Source of the DNA: Selaginella moellendorffii
Lineage: Eukaryota > Plantae > Lycopodiophyta
DNA: 64,000 nucleotides
Direction of reading: 5' to 3'
NCBI RefSeq assembly: GCF_000143415.4
Contig: NW_003314305.1
Location: 805,709 to 869,708 of the forward strand
Below the pieces are notes generated by a model that worked only from the letters and a program-made list of their open reading frames with translations, was not told the DNA's origin and did no database searches. Each line of letters starts with the position of its first letter. Position 1 is the first letter of the stretch. Shown here in pieces: positions 36,951 through 50,597 of the stretch. Position numbers and translations under genes: made by a program.

Positions 36951-39900
36951 TTGACCCATGTTGACAACAAAGTTAAAGTTAGCACTTAACAATGACAATT
37001 GAATTTTAGTGTTTCATTCATTTTTTCTTTTTAAAGTATCTGAAATTCAAGTCATAATAGAGTGGAATTGGAGTGACATTTGTGGCTCCACTTCAAATCC
37101 ACTCTAATAATATATTCATTCATATAATAATATAAAAGTAAAATATAATATAATATTCTCTTTATATATTGATTATATTGTGTGGAATATAGAATGGAAT
37201 ACAGAAATATGCATATTAATTAGCCCAAAAACCCTAATTTATATATAAAGTGAGTTCTAAATTAAAATCAACCTGACAGCTATTAAAATCTCACTATGCC
37301 AATATTGTATATAGCATCATATCCATACACTTTGACCTTACATCATTCTCTTCTCTTGGAATATGTAGGTGGTATCAGTTGTTAGGAAGCATTTTAGCCA
37401 TTGCACATATATAATTTTTAGAGAATTGATTTGTTGGATGTTATACCAAACCTTATAAACTTGCAGTTCAACTTGAGATAATACCTAATATGGTCCCTTC
37501 CATTGAATAAAGAGTTTGTTTAACAAACCATATAAGTAACACTAAATCATTTACTTTGTACTCCACATGTGAATGATGATAGGAGTTGTAGCACCATTGT
37601 TGTCTCACTTGTATATGGCCCAAGTGTTCAACAAACTCTACTCAGGCAAGTGAAAAAATACTTGTTAAATATTAATCCCAAGATTTAGCATCGATAGTTC
37701 ATGGTAATCATGAAGGAAAACTCAACTTTGTTAGCAATATTGAATCATGATCACATTTGAGTTTATATGGTTAAGTACCAACAAAACGTTATACCTCTAT
37801 GACATACCCATACTGAAGAAACGGCAAATAACCATCCCAATTTGAATGTTAAAAGTTCATGTATTTTATGATCATCCCTTTGAAGGTCTGAACAAACCAT
37901 TCCACCAAGCCATTTATCTAAGCACTCATGAAAGTGTGGTGTATCCCCAGTTAAAATGTTAAAATATAAAAAATATTAACCATAAATATAGAACCACCAT
38001 CCAAGAGAATCCACTCTAGATAGGAATGTTGGAATACCACTTAATTAAGGAGGAATTACCTAACAGTAGTCAATGTCACGCTAGCAAAAGCACCAACTTC
38101 CATGTAGCGAGTTAGTAGTTGGAAGCAATAATGACGTACAATGGAATATGGAAAAAGCCCTATCAAATAAAATGCCACAAACTTAAATAGATAGGAAATT
38201 ACATTTTAACCATCCTTTTGCAACATAAAGGGGAGTATTATAAACTTGGCACTAAACACAACTATGCACATATTAGATAATATCATGTTGCATTTTTAGT
38301 TAATAGAAAGACTTACATAACTTCTCAGTCACACATTGATGTCCTATATGCCCATCTAGAATAAAAGAGTCATAATAAAATATTGAAGTCACCATCAACT
38401 ATAAATGATCATTAAGATCATTCCCAATAAAATAAAGAAAGTATTTCTCAAGATTATATTAAGAATATAAATGCCAAAATAGCAACTCATTAGCAAGTGA
38501 TGCAACCCCTCACGAAGCCTTTAGATCCATAGTTTAATCTTTTAAACTTCATAAACCTTATCAATAGAAGGTAAACTTTGTGAACATTAAACATCACGTA
38601 CAACAATTGCCAATGTCACAAAATCCTCAAAAAAGTCCATTAGCTAAAATAACCAAATCATTAAGAATAGGAGATAAACTTGAGAAAGCTTTAGAGCCCA
38701 CCAAATAGTATAACCAACTAAATTCTTCCACTTGAATAACAAAATAATTGCAACATGATCATCTTCTAGTAATGTTTTAGAACTATGCAAATATGCATAA
38801 AGCTTTTTGAAACTCTAAACTACTATTAAACACTCCACCTTTGTTAATTATAATGTAGGGTTGATGTGTATAATGAGATGGTATTGACCAAGTACACTCA
38901 AGCTCCTTTACATTAACATATTTCCAAGACTGCATGGAAAAAGAAAAGTCGAGTGTAATTAGGGTAGTCCAAAACTAGAGGAGTCATTAACAACTCTTTA
39001 AGATGTATAAATTTCTACTCATAGTTCATAAACTAAATAAAAGATGATGTTGACAATTTCAACAATACTCACAATAGTGTAGTACAAAAAAAGATGATCA
39101 ATAAAACGATTAAAATATTGCATTTTGCCTAAGAAGTATTATACATCATTTACACACTTCGAGGTAAGGAACTTTTGAACAACCATAAGTTTGTTAGGAT
39201 CAATTTGCAAACCTTCATAAGAAATATAATACTCAAAATAAGTTATGTCTTTGGACCAAACACGCACTTTGATTATTTTAGGTTTAAACTAGTTTCCCAT
39301 AGTCGATCTAACATTTCAAGAACATCATAGATATGTCTTTTATGTTCTTTAAAGTGGATCAATACATCATTGATGAAGTTAGTAATCACCTCTGACATAT
39401 CTCAAAGAACTTCATTCATCATCCACTAAAAAGATGCTAGAGCATTTTTCAAATTGAACAACATCATCAATAACTTATATAAAGTAAATAGTGTATGCAA
39501 AATAGTCTTAGGAATATCATCTTTGGCCATTAACACTTGTTAGTACCCAAAACAATATATAACTTGGTGAACTTATGACAATTTAGAACAATTTAGAACA
39601 ATTTAGAAGATTAGCCATATGAGGAAAAAGGTACACATTCAGGATAGTCATCTTGTTTAATAAATGATAGTTAATATAAAAGCAAATACTCCTATCAAAC
39701 TTTGTCACAAGATAAAGTTTACACATCTAAAGACTCCAAAAGTTTTAAATAACACCCTTTTCTAACATCTCCTTGACGTTCCCATGTAAAATCTTGATCT
39801 CCTTGGGTGATTGACACTAAATAAAAACTTTGGCTGGATAAGCATTCCCATTTAGAATAAAATGATGTTATAAGCAACTAAAGGGAATAACTTGAGAAAT

Positions 39901-41529
39901 GGTATATAAGGGTTTAAATTGCCACGAATGTGATTATAGGTATCAAAAATTACCTATCGGCTAGTCCTTTTAGATATTCTTTCTTTATTGCCATAGCAGG
40001 GGGAGATTGGTTGGACCCTTCATCAATCCCTCTTATACTAGTGGAGTTAATTGGGCATTTCGAGTGTACTTAGGCTAGACGAGCATAAGGATGGAATTCC
40101 TAAGTGCTATTAGCTAAATATACTTAGCCCGGTAAGGAATTCTTATCTCATTGTGTCTTGCACTAGTTAATGACAAAAACCTCTATATATTAAGACTAGT
40201 CCCTCAATATCACTAAATGATAGTTTACTGTGTTTGCCAAATATCCTCGCTATTATGCCCTTTATATTGGTCTTGTTTAGTTCTATTAGTTATTTATGAA
40301 AAGCATCTAGATTTGCTAATTTGATATATCTATAAAATATAAAGATTATCCTAAACATAATGGTGTTAGTCTTGCATCGAAATTTGCAATCTAATACCAT
40401 TCTATATTTAATAAGTTTCAAACTTGTCATAGAAACTAACTCTTGATACGAAGGGTGGCTCAAGATGAAAGCTCAAAGTGTGCCTTCTTCAAGGGAAGGG
40501 GGGCTAGGGGGGGTTCTAAATGTATAGTAGGGTGTAAGTGACTAATTTTTCCATTCTACTTTAGTCACTTAACCACACCTCCGACCACTTGGAGGAGTCT
40601 AACTCACAACCTCCATAAGTCCTATTTCAGGCTTGGGCTTGCTAGCTCTGAAAACGGCATCCCCGCTACTTAACTTTTGCACTTGGTCCAAGTGCTCCAC
40701 GTGTCCGGTCCCATGACCAACACCCCAAGGTACCACCGACATATCAGCCCGTTACGCTAGGCTATACCCATTCACCTTGGTCACATCAGTGGTTCATCAC
40801 CACCTACATTGCAATCTCGTCTCTCCAAGACTGGGCCATCCATCCATGAGTGGTCATCCCAGATCCACTCTTTAGCATCCTTAGGATGCCCATAGACATG
40901 GGGAACAACCTTCCCTAGTATCTCCTTTCCGGTCCCCGCCAAGTCCCTCCCTGTCCATGGCCGTGTTCACCAACACAGCCACTAGGTCAAGGCCCACAGG
41001 CCTGACCACCAAGTCCAACTGTCCTCTGGGACTTCCTCACTATGTGACTGTGTCCTTTGTCACCACACCAGAGGGCTACTCCTCTTCCTTTCCACAGTCT
41101 GGGACTTTGGGGCAACATTTCGGAACACCATGGCCCTACACAGGTCTCGTGGGTACTCTCCTCGCCTTCTGCCTTTGGGTGCTCTAGCCATAGGCTTAGA
41201 GCGAGGTTCCGTTGAGCCACACCAGGTATCCAAGTAGGTAGTGCCACCCACACTTGGACTGGGAGCATCGGCCAATCGATCTCCCGAGGGAACTAGAGCC
41301 GGCTCTTGAACACTTCACCAAGCTACCCCGCTTGTCGGTCCGTATTCATTCTAGTCTTGGACTTCCCAGTGGTCAGTTCATCACCCAACACTGGGTCTGG
41401 CCTTCCTGGGCCAAATTGGCCTTTCCTGGCCAAACTGACTCCACTGCAGTCCTCCCCCTTACTATACTTTTGGAGCTCACCAAACCCCCCAGGGTCTGGG
41501 AGACGAACACTTTGGGCTTTCACCCTCTC

Positions 41530-42042
41530 AGACTCGAACTCGGACTCGGACTCAGACTCGGACTCAGACTCGGACTCGGACTTGGACTCGGACTTGGACT
41601 CGGGCTCGGCCTCGGGCTCAGCCTCGATCCCGGTCCCGGTCCTGGTCTCGGTCCCGGTCCCGGTCCCGGTCCCAATCTCGGTCCCGGTCTCAGTCCCAGT
41701 CTCGGTCTTGACCTCGGACTCCATCTCGGGTCCTTCTCGGACTCCATCTCAGGTCCATCTCGGACTCCATCTCGGACTCCGTCTCGGTCCATCTCGGACT
41801 CCATCTCGGGTCCATCTCGGACTCCATCTTGGGTCCATCTTGGACTCCATCTCGGGTCCATCTCGGACTCCATCTCGGGTCCATGTCGGACTCCATCTCG
41901 GACTCCATCTCGGGTCCATCTTGGACTCCATCTCGGGTCCATCTCGGACTCCATCTCGGGTCCATGTCGGACTCCATCTCGTACTCCATCTCGGTCCATC
42001 TTGGACTCCATCTCAGACTCCACCTCGGACTCCAACTCGGGT
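41530..42042. repeat. Compound tandem array in the D 3' LTR (6-mers GACTCG, GGTCCC; 11/12-mers GGACTCCATCTC, GGGTCCATCTC)
   Basis: Periodicity is directly visible. Confidence 0.95.
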
Positions 42043-45000
42043 TGTAATTGATTTTTTCTGGGATGGAATTCTTGTTAATTAAAGCATATTACTGTGGATT
42101 ACAATTAGTTACACAACACTACCAGTAAATCAATCTAGTAATATATGTTAGAAATTAACATAGAAAATAACATTATTCTATTCATAATGAGATTTAAAGT
42201 ATCCACCTCGGACTCCAACTCGGGTCCATCTCGAACACTTCCACGTGTCATGTGTTGGTCCTTTGGGGTCCCTTTTTGGAGCCTCACTTATCGCTTGCTT
42301 CATGCTCGTTCCTTGAGCACTCCATTGGGAGTTCCACTCCCGCTTTCAACCTTTCAAGTCGGAGCCCTTTAGTCCAAACATGTTATGCTCGTTTGGCTTT
42401 TGCTTCAGCCACTACCACGTGGCACCCTTTCCGGCTCCACTTTGGGGCCTAGGGATTTTGTGTCTCACAACTCCACCACCCATAGACGAAGTTCGATGTC
42501 CTCATCGAACGATAAACTATTTTATAAAGTAATACCAACTTGTATTACCATTTCCATCCTTGGCCCCTCGCCAATATTCGTCAATAGTTTGATATTGAAG
42601 GCTTGCCATGCTTTGCCCATCCTCTAAGGAGCATAGTCTCTCCAACATAGAGACTCATTCGGCCACCTGGGGTGGTTTGCTCCCTTTTTTTGATTCAGTT
42701 CTCGCTAAACTCGTTAGAGACACCTTCTCTAACTCAATTCCACTACTCATTCTCGAGTAATCCCAACTTCTATTGACATAACCAATTCACCTTGGAACTT
42801 TTAATTTTGACTTCTCAAAGTCAATTTCTTTGGTGTCTTTGACACCTTTCACTGCACATATTGTGCAACTTCACTTCCCAGCCTAGGAAGCTCCCCACTT
42901 GAGGGCGCCATCGTCCTCCTTTCTATTTTATGCCACTTTTGGCACTAAGTTCCAACTATCGTAAGTTGTGCTAGAGCTATCCACGGCCCTATCCTTTGGC
43001 TACTTCGCTGCTCCCTCCCTTGGAGCTTTCACATTTACCAACTTGGAGCATTTGGGAATCCATCCTTGGAAGCACACTTCCTTTCTCACAATCCGTTAGC
43101 ATCCAACACATTAGTGTTTTATGCCTAACTTTGCCATTTGGATTCCTTCCAATGAACTCCATGACCCACACTTGGCCACTAGTCTTTTGCTTTTATCCAT
43201 TGATTGTTGCACTGAGCAACATAGGATCACTACCTCCATTCTCGAGGTATCTTTTTGGTTCCATGGCAAGGGCTCTACTTTGCTAAGTCTAGCGGGTGCT
43301 CACCCTTAGTAGGTCTCTTTAGCAATTTTTGCTATGGGCTTCGTCCACGGCCTAACATTGCGACCCTTCCATGGGTCTCTCCCCGAGACTACTTTCTTGG
43401 ACTTATTGTACCATTGTATTGGCACAATTGATTTCCCTTTAGGTGTCCTTCTCACTTGGTCACCTCGACCAAGTCACACCATTATCAATAGTTCAAATCA
43501 ACACTTTGAACTGGGAATCATATTCCTTAACCCAAACAAAGACCTTGTCTTTGTTTAGCCACAAGATCACATGGTGATCTCATCTTGACCCCTTAACAGG
43601 TCTACCAATAAGAACTAAGTCTTCCAAACCCTTTTAAATTGTTGACTATGACCCCGGGGGCATCCCCCACACTTGGCGGTGTGCCTTCCGGCCAAGGATC
43701 CATAGCAACTGAGACTGGGTGTCCCCATCTCATTCACCACGTCCTTGGTGCCTTTTGCACCAAGGTGTTCAAGTTAGATATGCCGAGCTTTCACTCTAAG
43801 CAATCTAACCGTGCATCACGACTCCGAGGCATCCCTCGCTTGGCAGTGTGCCTAAACCAGTCTCCTCACTAAGAGCCCATGACCACCGAAATATGAGTGT
43901 CCTCATATTCCAAACCATCACCATGCCCTAGTGATTTGGGACTCGAACCCAAGCACTAGAGGGTCGGGACTCGAACCCAACCTTCATATATACATCTACG
44001 GATGGCATCACCCCGGATGCCTGGCGTGACTCCCCACGCCGGTGCACCAACTTATATTTAAAGCATGTTATAGATCATCACTTAGGAACCTAGTTCCTTT
44101 GCACTACCAAGGCTTCTCACTTGACAAGTCTGTGATCATGCATGGACTCCTCCATGCTTGGCCCCATGGGCCACCCTTTTGAAGTTAACTCCTTCAACTA
44201 GGGTATTTGTTCCCCTGACTTGCCAATCTCACTTAGCAAGTCATCCGACCACTGTAACATGGTTCATGCAAAAGCGTGAAAGTCCTTAACCATCGACTTT
44301 CGTTCAAAGCCCTCTCTTTGAACACTCAGGAACTACTTCCCTAACCTTGATAACCTCGCCTTTTGGCAAACTTCAAGACCACACTTCTATTGCACCACTC
44401 TAATTTCGTGCGCTCTATAAACTATTTACACTTGGATGTCTAAGTACTTATCTACCTAGGGGAACGTTCAAGGAACTTTGTTCCTTAGCTTGCTAAGGTC
44501 TCTCCATTCGCAAGCTTTCCAATTACCATATAGTCTAACTGGATAATCCCATGCTTTAGACCTTCCATGGCATCCCGATCGCTAGTAACAATATGCTTAA
44601 GCACCCACTTGATTCTCCACTCCCAACTTCCATAACCACCCTTGGTCATGCCTGTCAATTCCTATGGTTCGGTTCTATCCCTTTACTACTTGCCTTTTGG
44701 CCTCATACATTTCCTTCGGTTATCCTCCTTCAAACTAGGAAGATAGCTTTGCACTTTCTACCATGCCTTGGCAAGTATTCATAGGGATGAACCTACCTGA
44801 CAGCCTAGGGAGTGGTTCCTCAATCCGAGTTTGCTCACTTTGTAATCCAACACACTAGGATCACCGTTGCTACTTATGGGCCTTTATATGCCCATCACTA
44901 ACCTTGCCAAAATCCCTCCTTGGCTTTGTCTAATTTGGGTAGATGGACTTCTCCTGTCTCCACAACCTTGGACATTTAAATAGCACCTCTTATCCTTCAT

Positions 45001-47509
45001 TCACTAGGGACTTTGTCCCTTGGGCATTATCCATTGCCCTCATGACACCAAATACCCCCTTCTGGTGTTCTAGAGTGTTTGGGTGTCCTAATGATGGCCT
45101 CTCTGACAATGAGCATTCCCTTTTCGACATTGACTTACTATGTCGCAACATAAACAATTTATCCCTTATAAGGGTATATCGAACTTCCTTATCCCAATAA
45201 GAAGTCTTAGGTAGTTGCCTTTTACCAGTTTATGAATTATTTTGCACCTTTTGCTTAGTTGCCTTATAGTTGTCAAGTCCTACAACTTATTGCTAGTGCT
45301 TCCACACCTCCATCATTATCTGGGTCACCACACTCTAACCGCATGCCTTCCAGCTTAGGCTATGCTATTCCCATTTCCATTGGGATTCTTTTGGAAGGGG
45401 TTCTCATGAACCCACCAACTTGACCTCAAGGCAGCATGCCTTGGCACCTTCGGTGTCTCCACACCATCAGCTCCACAAGCTTACCTTTATGACACTTCTT
45501 ACTTATGTCCAGGTATTTTTGCCAAGACTAATATAGTTGTCTCTTATGCCAATTATCCATTAGCACTGCACCATAGAGTTCATGCACAACTTTGTGTCAA
45601 AGTTATTTTCTTCCGGGAAACTCTTTCCCACAACTTTAGCATGGCACCTTCTGCCATCAATGAGATACATACTGCTCTCATGCTTGGATCTCAAGATCCT
45701 CCCCATCCTTTGTGGGGCACCACACACCTCAGTCCAAATGCTTTCCTCAAGCCCTTAGGATTATTCTTTGACTCTATTGGAGTCATTCAACCTTTTGGAC
45801 TTTGTTAATTCGACGACCCATGAGGTCCTACTTTTGAGGTGTTAGCTCACTAGAATACAACTCCTTGTATTCATATCCTACTCACAAGGACCATCTTTTG
45901 CAAGTGTTACTCTGACACCTGATTTGTTCTCTAGGGGCAACTTTTTTGCCCCTTAGGACCACTTGTCCATATGATGAGAATACCAACTCATCCTCTGAAT
46001 ACACCCTCAATTCCTTGGGTTGTTCCAGCATTTATTAGAGGTAGCTCCGGCTACCATTTCAAGGACTTGTGTCCTTTTCTGTATTTGACCTCCCGCGGTC
46101 ATTACTTGTAGTCTCACATTCATGAGCACCAACTTCAACTATATGAGGATAATCTTGTGACTCCTTTATTGCTTTGGAGTCTCTATCTTTCTCGTGATCC
46201 TGACTATAGTTGTTTACCACAACTACATTAGCCAGTTGGCTACGTTAAACACTCATCTGGATCACATCCTTAACTCTCTGAGGAAACTCTTATACTGTTT
46301 CTAAGATCCCAAAGTCGTTCCCTTACTGGTCCTTTTCTATCCACCACATTGCGCCCAAGTTCACGCATGAACTTGGGTAGAGAGCCATGTCCTCATGACA
46401 TGCTACTCCTCAAGGATAGGCCCACTCCCAGGACCTTCTAATGCCAATATCAATGGTGATATACTTGAGCACCAATAAAAGTCGGACTAAGGAACAACTC
46501 CAATACCAAATTGTAAGCGACTAATTTTTCCATTCTACTTTAGTCATTTAACCACACCTCCGACCACTTGGAGGAGTCTAACTCACAACCTCCATAAGTC
46601 CTATTTCGGGCTTGGGCTTGCTGGCCCCGAGAACAGCATCCCTACCACTCAATTTTTGCACTTGGTCCAAGTGCTCCACGTGTCCGGTCCCATGACCAAC
46701 ACCCCAAGGTACCACCAACATATTAGCCCGTTACGCTAGGCCATGCCCATTCACCTTGGTCACATTGGTGGTTCATCACCACCTACATTGCAATCCCGTC
46801 TCTCCAAGACTGGGCCATCTGTCCATGAGTGGTCATCCTAGATCCACCCTTAGCATCCTTAGGATGCCCGCAGACATGGGGAACAGCCTTCCCCAATATC
46901 TCCTTTCCGGTCCCTGCCAAGTCCCTCCCTGTCCATGGCCGTGTTCACCAACACAGCCACTGGGTCAAGGCCCACAGGCCTGACCACCAAGTCCAACTGT
47001 CCTTTGGGACTTCCTCACTATGTGACTGTGTCCTTTGTCACCACACCAGAGGGTTACTCCTTTTCCTTTCCACAGTCTAGGACTTTGGGGCAACATTTCG
47101 GAACACCGTGGCCTTACACAGGCCTTGTGGGTACTCTCCTCGCCTTCTGCTTTTGGGTGCTCTAGCCATGGGCTTAGAGCGAGGTTCCGTTGAGCCACAC
47201 TAGGTATCCAAGTAAGTAGTGCCACCCACACTTGGACTGGGAGCATTGGCCAATCGATCTCCCGGGGGAACTAGAGCTGGCTCTTGAACACTTCCCCAAG
47301 CTACCCCGCTTGTCGGTCCGTATTCATTCTAGTCTTGGACTTCCCAGTGGTCAGTTCATCACCCAACATTGGGTTTGGCCCTCTTGGGCCAAATTGGCCT
47401 TTCTTGGCCAAACTGGCTCCACTGCAGTCCTCCCCCTTACTATACTTTTGGAGCTCACCAAACCCCCCAAGGTTTGGGAGATAAACGTTTTGGGCTTTCA
47501 CTCTCTCAA

Positions 47510-48036
47510 ACTCGAACTCGGATTCGGACTCGAACTCAGACTCGGACTCGGACTTGGACTCAGACTCGAACTCGAGCTCGGGCTCGGTCTCAGCCTCGGC
47601 CTCGGTCCCGGTCCCGGTCCCGGTCCCGGTCTTGTCTCGGTCTCGGTCTCAGTCCCGGTCTCAGTCTTGATCTCGGACTCCATCTCGGGTCCTTCTCGGA
47701 CTCCATCTCAGATTCCATCTCGGGTCCATCTCGAACTCCATCTCGAACTCCATCTCGGTCCATCTCGGACTCCATCTCAGACTCCATCTTAGGTCCATCT
47801 CGGACTCCATCTCGGGTTCATCTCGGACTCCATCTCGGGTCCATCTTGGACTCCATTTCGGGTCCATCTCGGACTCCATCTCGGACTCCATCTCGGTCCA
47901 TCTCGTACTCCATCTCAGGTCCATCTCGGACTCCATCTTGGACTCCACCTCAGACTCCAACTCGGGTCCATCTTGGACTCCATCTCGGACTCCATCTCGG
48001 ACTCCATCTTGGACTCCAACTCGGGTCCATCTCGGA
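47510..48036. repeat. Compound tandem array in the D 5' LTR
   Basis: Same units, different arrangement. Confidence 0.95.
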
Positions 48037-50597
48037 CACTTCCATGTGTCATGTGTTGGTCCTTTTGGGTCCCTTTTTGGAGCCTCACTTATTGCTCGCT
48101 TCATGCTCGTTCCTTGAGCACTCCGTTGGGAGTTCCACTCCCGCTCTCAACCTTTCAAGTCGGAGCCTTTTAGTCCAAACGTGTTACACTCGTTTGGCTT
48201 TCGCTTCGGCCACTACCACGTGGCACCCTTTCCGGCTCCACTTTGGGGCCTAGGGATTTTGTGTCTCACATAGGGATAATGGGTATGTTAGGCATGGTCG
48301 ACCAACCTAAAGCATAGTTTACCTCTCTTTTGTATACCTATCTTTGTTTTGCATTTGGCTTGAGTTTAAGCTTAAGTTTCATTCTATGCTAGCTAATTGA
48401 GTACCCATATCCTTGCATTAAGCCACGGGTATGTTGAAATAGTGCTAAACTTTGTTTAGCTCCATTTTGCGTACTAATTCTGACAATGGGATATTGAATG
48501 CTCTAAGATTGTTCTAATGTCACTCCATGCTCCTGTCCTTTTGCTTCTTAGCTACAAGTTTGGGAGTTTGGCTTTGTTCCTTTATTCAATAGCCCAATGC
48601 TCTAAAACTCGAGTTTCACTTTACTATCCTTGGACATGTGGCATATGATATATGGCATGTGGAGGGTTTAGGTTTTGTTTTATGGTTATCCTATAATAAA
48701 TCACCATAGAATACAAAGTGAAAACTATGTATGCTACATAAATATAAAGGGAAAGGGCCCATAAATAAAAATGCACCTTTTTTTCAATCAATTAATAGTC
48801 TTAAGATACTTGGGGTTAAGTGTCCTTGGGTTTGAATAATACTGGGCCAGATGACTTCCCAAAAAATCCAAACTCAATTCTTGGGTTAGATAACCTCCCA
48901 GAAAGTCTAAACTTAAGAGCTTACAGACACATTACAATCTTATAATGGAAGTAGAGGTAAAAGAAAAAAGATGAAGTAGAATAAAAAATAGAGTAATAGA
49001 TATAAGGAAGTATGAGATACAAAGGAGAAGCCTCAAAGTCACACTTCGCATGATTGCACTACAACTAATTTATATTAAGGATCAAATTTAAGATCTTCTA
49101 TATGCACAACTAGATTCACTTCATCCCATAATCTATTTCATCCTATGCACATGCATGTATATAGCTATAATTTATACCAAGGATCAAACTTAAGATTTCC
49201 CACACTCACAAATAGATCTGCTTCATCCCATACACATATATATGTATAGCCATTGCTATAAAAAATGAAGACTGACTCTACCACACAACAAAATTGTAGA
49301 TGGCAACATGTAGCAATAGGCTAAGCAATAAAAAATAAACTTGAGCCTGTATCACCTAATATATAGGGAATTAAAGACCTTTTGTTATAATAACAAGCTT
49401 TGAAAGTACACATTTGATGAATTAGTGCCAAATGAACCCCTTGATAGTACTCTCGAAAGAAAGATGAAAGTGTTAATGACTTATTTGTGCAAGAACCTTT
49501 TACTATTTATATAACTCTTATTTTTCAGGAAGAATCTTTGTATTCAAGACCTTCCACTATAATAGAACGAACAAGATATTGTTGACACCAAGGCCTTCAC
49601 CTAGGAAATGGAGGATGTCAATCTAAAAAATATCGACAACACTAATATGTGTAGTTAACTCATTACATGCCCAATAATAGATATCATGGCCACAACCACA
49701 TCTTTACCCTCGTCTTTGAACATGAACAATAGCAGCACTAACCTCTATTAAAACAAGACTATGTCCCATATGAAGTGGAGTTAAATGACATATAACAAAA
49801 AGTGGAAAAGGTAATATTTCATAATGTTGTATCAGTTGAAAAACATTATTAATGGTGGTTGGAGCAAGTGCATGCACAAGTCTTATAAAATCTACTCCTA
49901 TATATTAAACTTTTGACGAAGTAAGAGGCTTTAGAAGCAAATGCCAAATTGCATCACTATTTGATGAAGATAATGCAATTGTTGGAAGGTGTCATCACAA
50001 ATGTTAGTATATCCAAATATGTGCTTCAAGACGTCTGAAAGAATGCTCCAATCTACACGAGTGGCTGCACTCAAACCATTACACCATTATAATGCCATCC
50101 CTTGGAGAACGTGAAAAACTTATGCAAACACCAAGAATAATCCCAAGAATGATGGTAGCAATCACCATAAAATGATTAAACTAATAGTATATATCATCTC
50201 TAAGATTCCTACAAAAAAACTTTAGCCAAACACAAGGGTGCAATCTCATAAATTTGGACTTTCATCTATATTTGAACCTCTATAGATTGCCACGTGTCAC
50301 ATACCACATGCCACATGTCCAAAGGACAGCGGAGTGGAACCCGAGTTTCAAAGCCTTGTGTAAGCTCATAAGTTTGGACTTCCTAGGAAGTCACATAGCC
50401 CAATATTATTCAAACTCAAGGACGCTTAACCCTAGATATCCCAAGACCCTTAACCGATTGGAAAAGGGGGTGCATTTTTATTCATAAGCCCTTTCCTTCT
50501 ATATTTAAACCCCAATGGATCGTCTTTCGAGTTGTTCTCTTTAGTTGTTTATAATCTACCATACTTCCCTGCAAGTTTACGCCCTCGTGAACGGAAA

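Larger units (their letters stand above)
40533..48270 (-). mobile_element. Two-LTR retrotransposon D with long satellite-bearing LTRs and a degenerate ~4 kb internal region
   Basis: LTRs 40533-42469 and 46512-48270. TSD TAGGG (40528-40532 / 48271-48275), with the empty site visible in the paralogue near 53070. PBS-like TGGTATTGGAG next to 46511 and PPT-like GGGTGGTGGAG next to 42470. Confidence 0.93.
39920..48738 (+). mobile_element. Solo LTR of family E (~1.08 kb once element D is removed)
   Basis: TG...CA ends with TSD TAAAT (39915-39919 / 48739-48743). Homologous in inverted orientation to 50290-50358 plus 52703-53645. Confidence 0.8.
39869..48925 (+). mobile_element. Solo LTR of the 5S-bearing TRIM, split into 39869-39919 and 48739-48925
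   Basis: The two halves join to match the intact ~193 bp LTRs at 50359 and 52505. Flanks GATGT/GACAC are consistent with a deaminated GACGC TSD. Confidence 0.75.

Noticed and set aside
41530-42225. CRISPR-like repeat/spacer array
   Set aside because: Eukaryotic context, contiguous repeats with only one unique insert, and no cas genes.
43938-44050. tRNA gene
   Set aside because: B boxes are present but I could not build a cloverleaf or acceptor stem.
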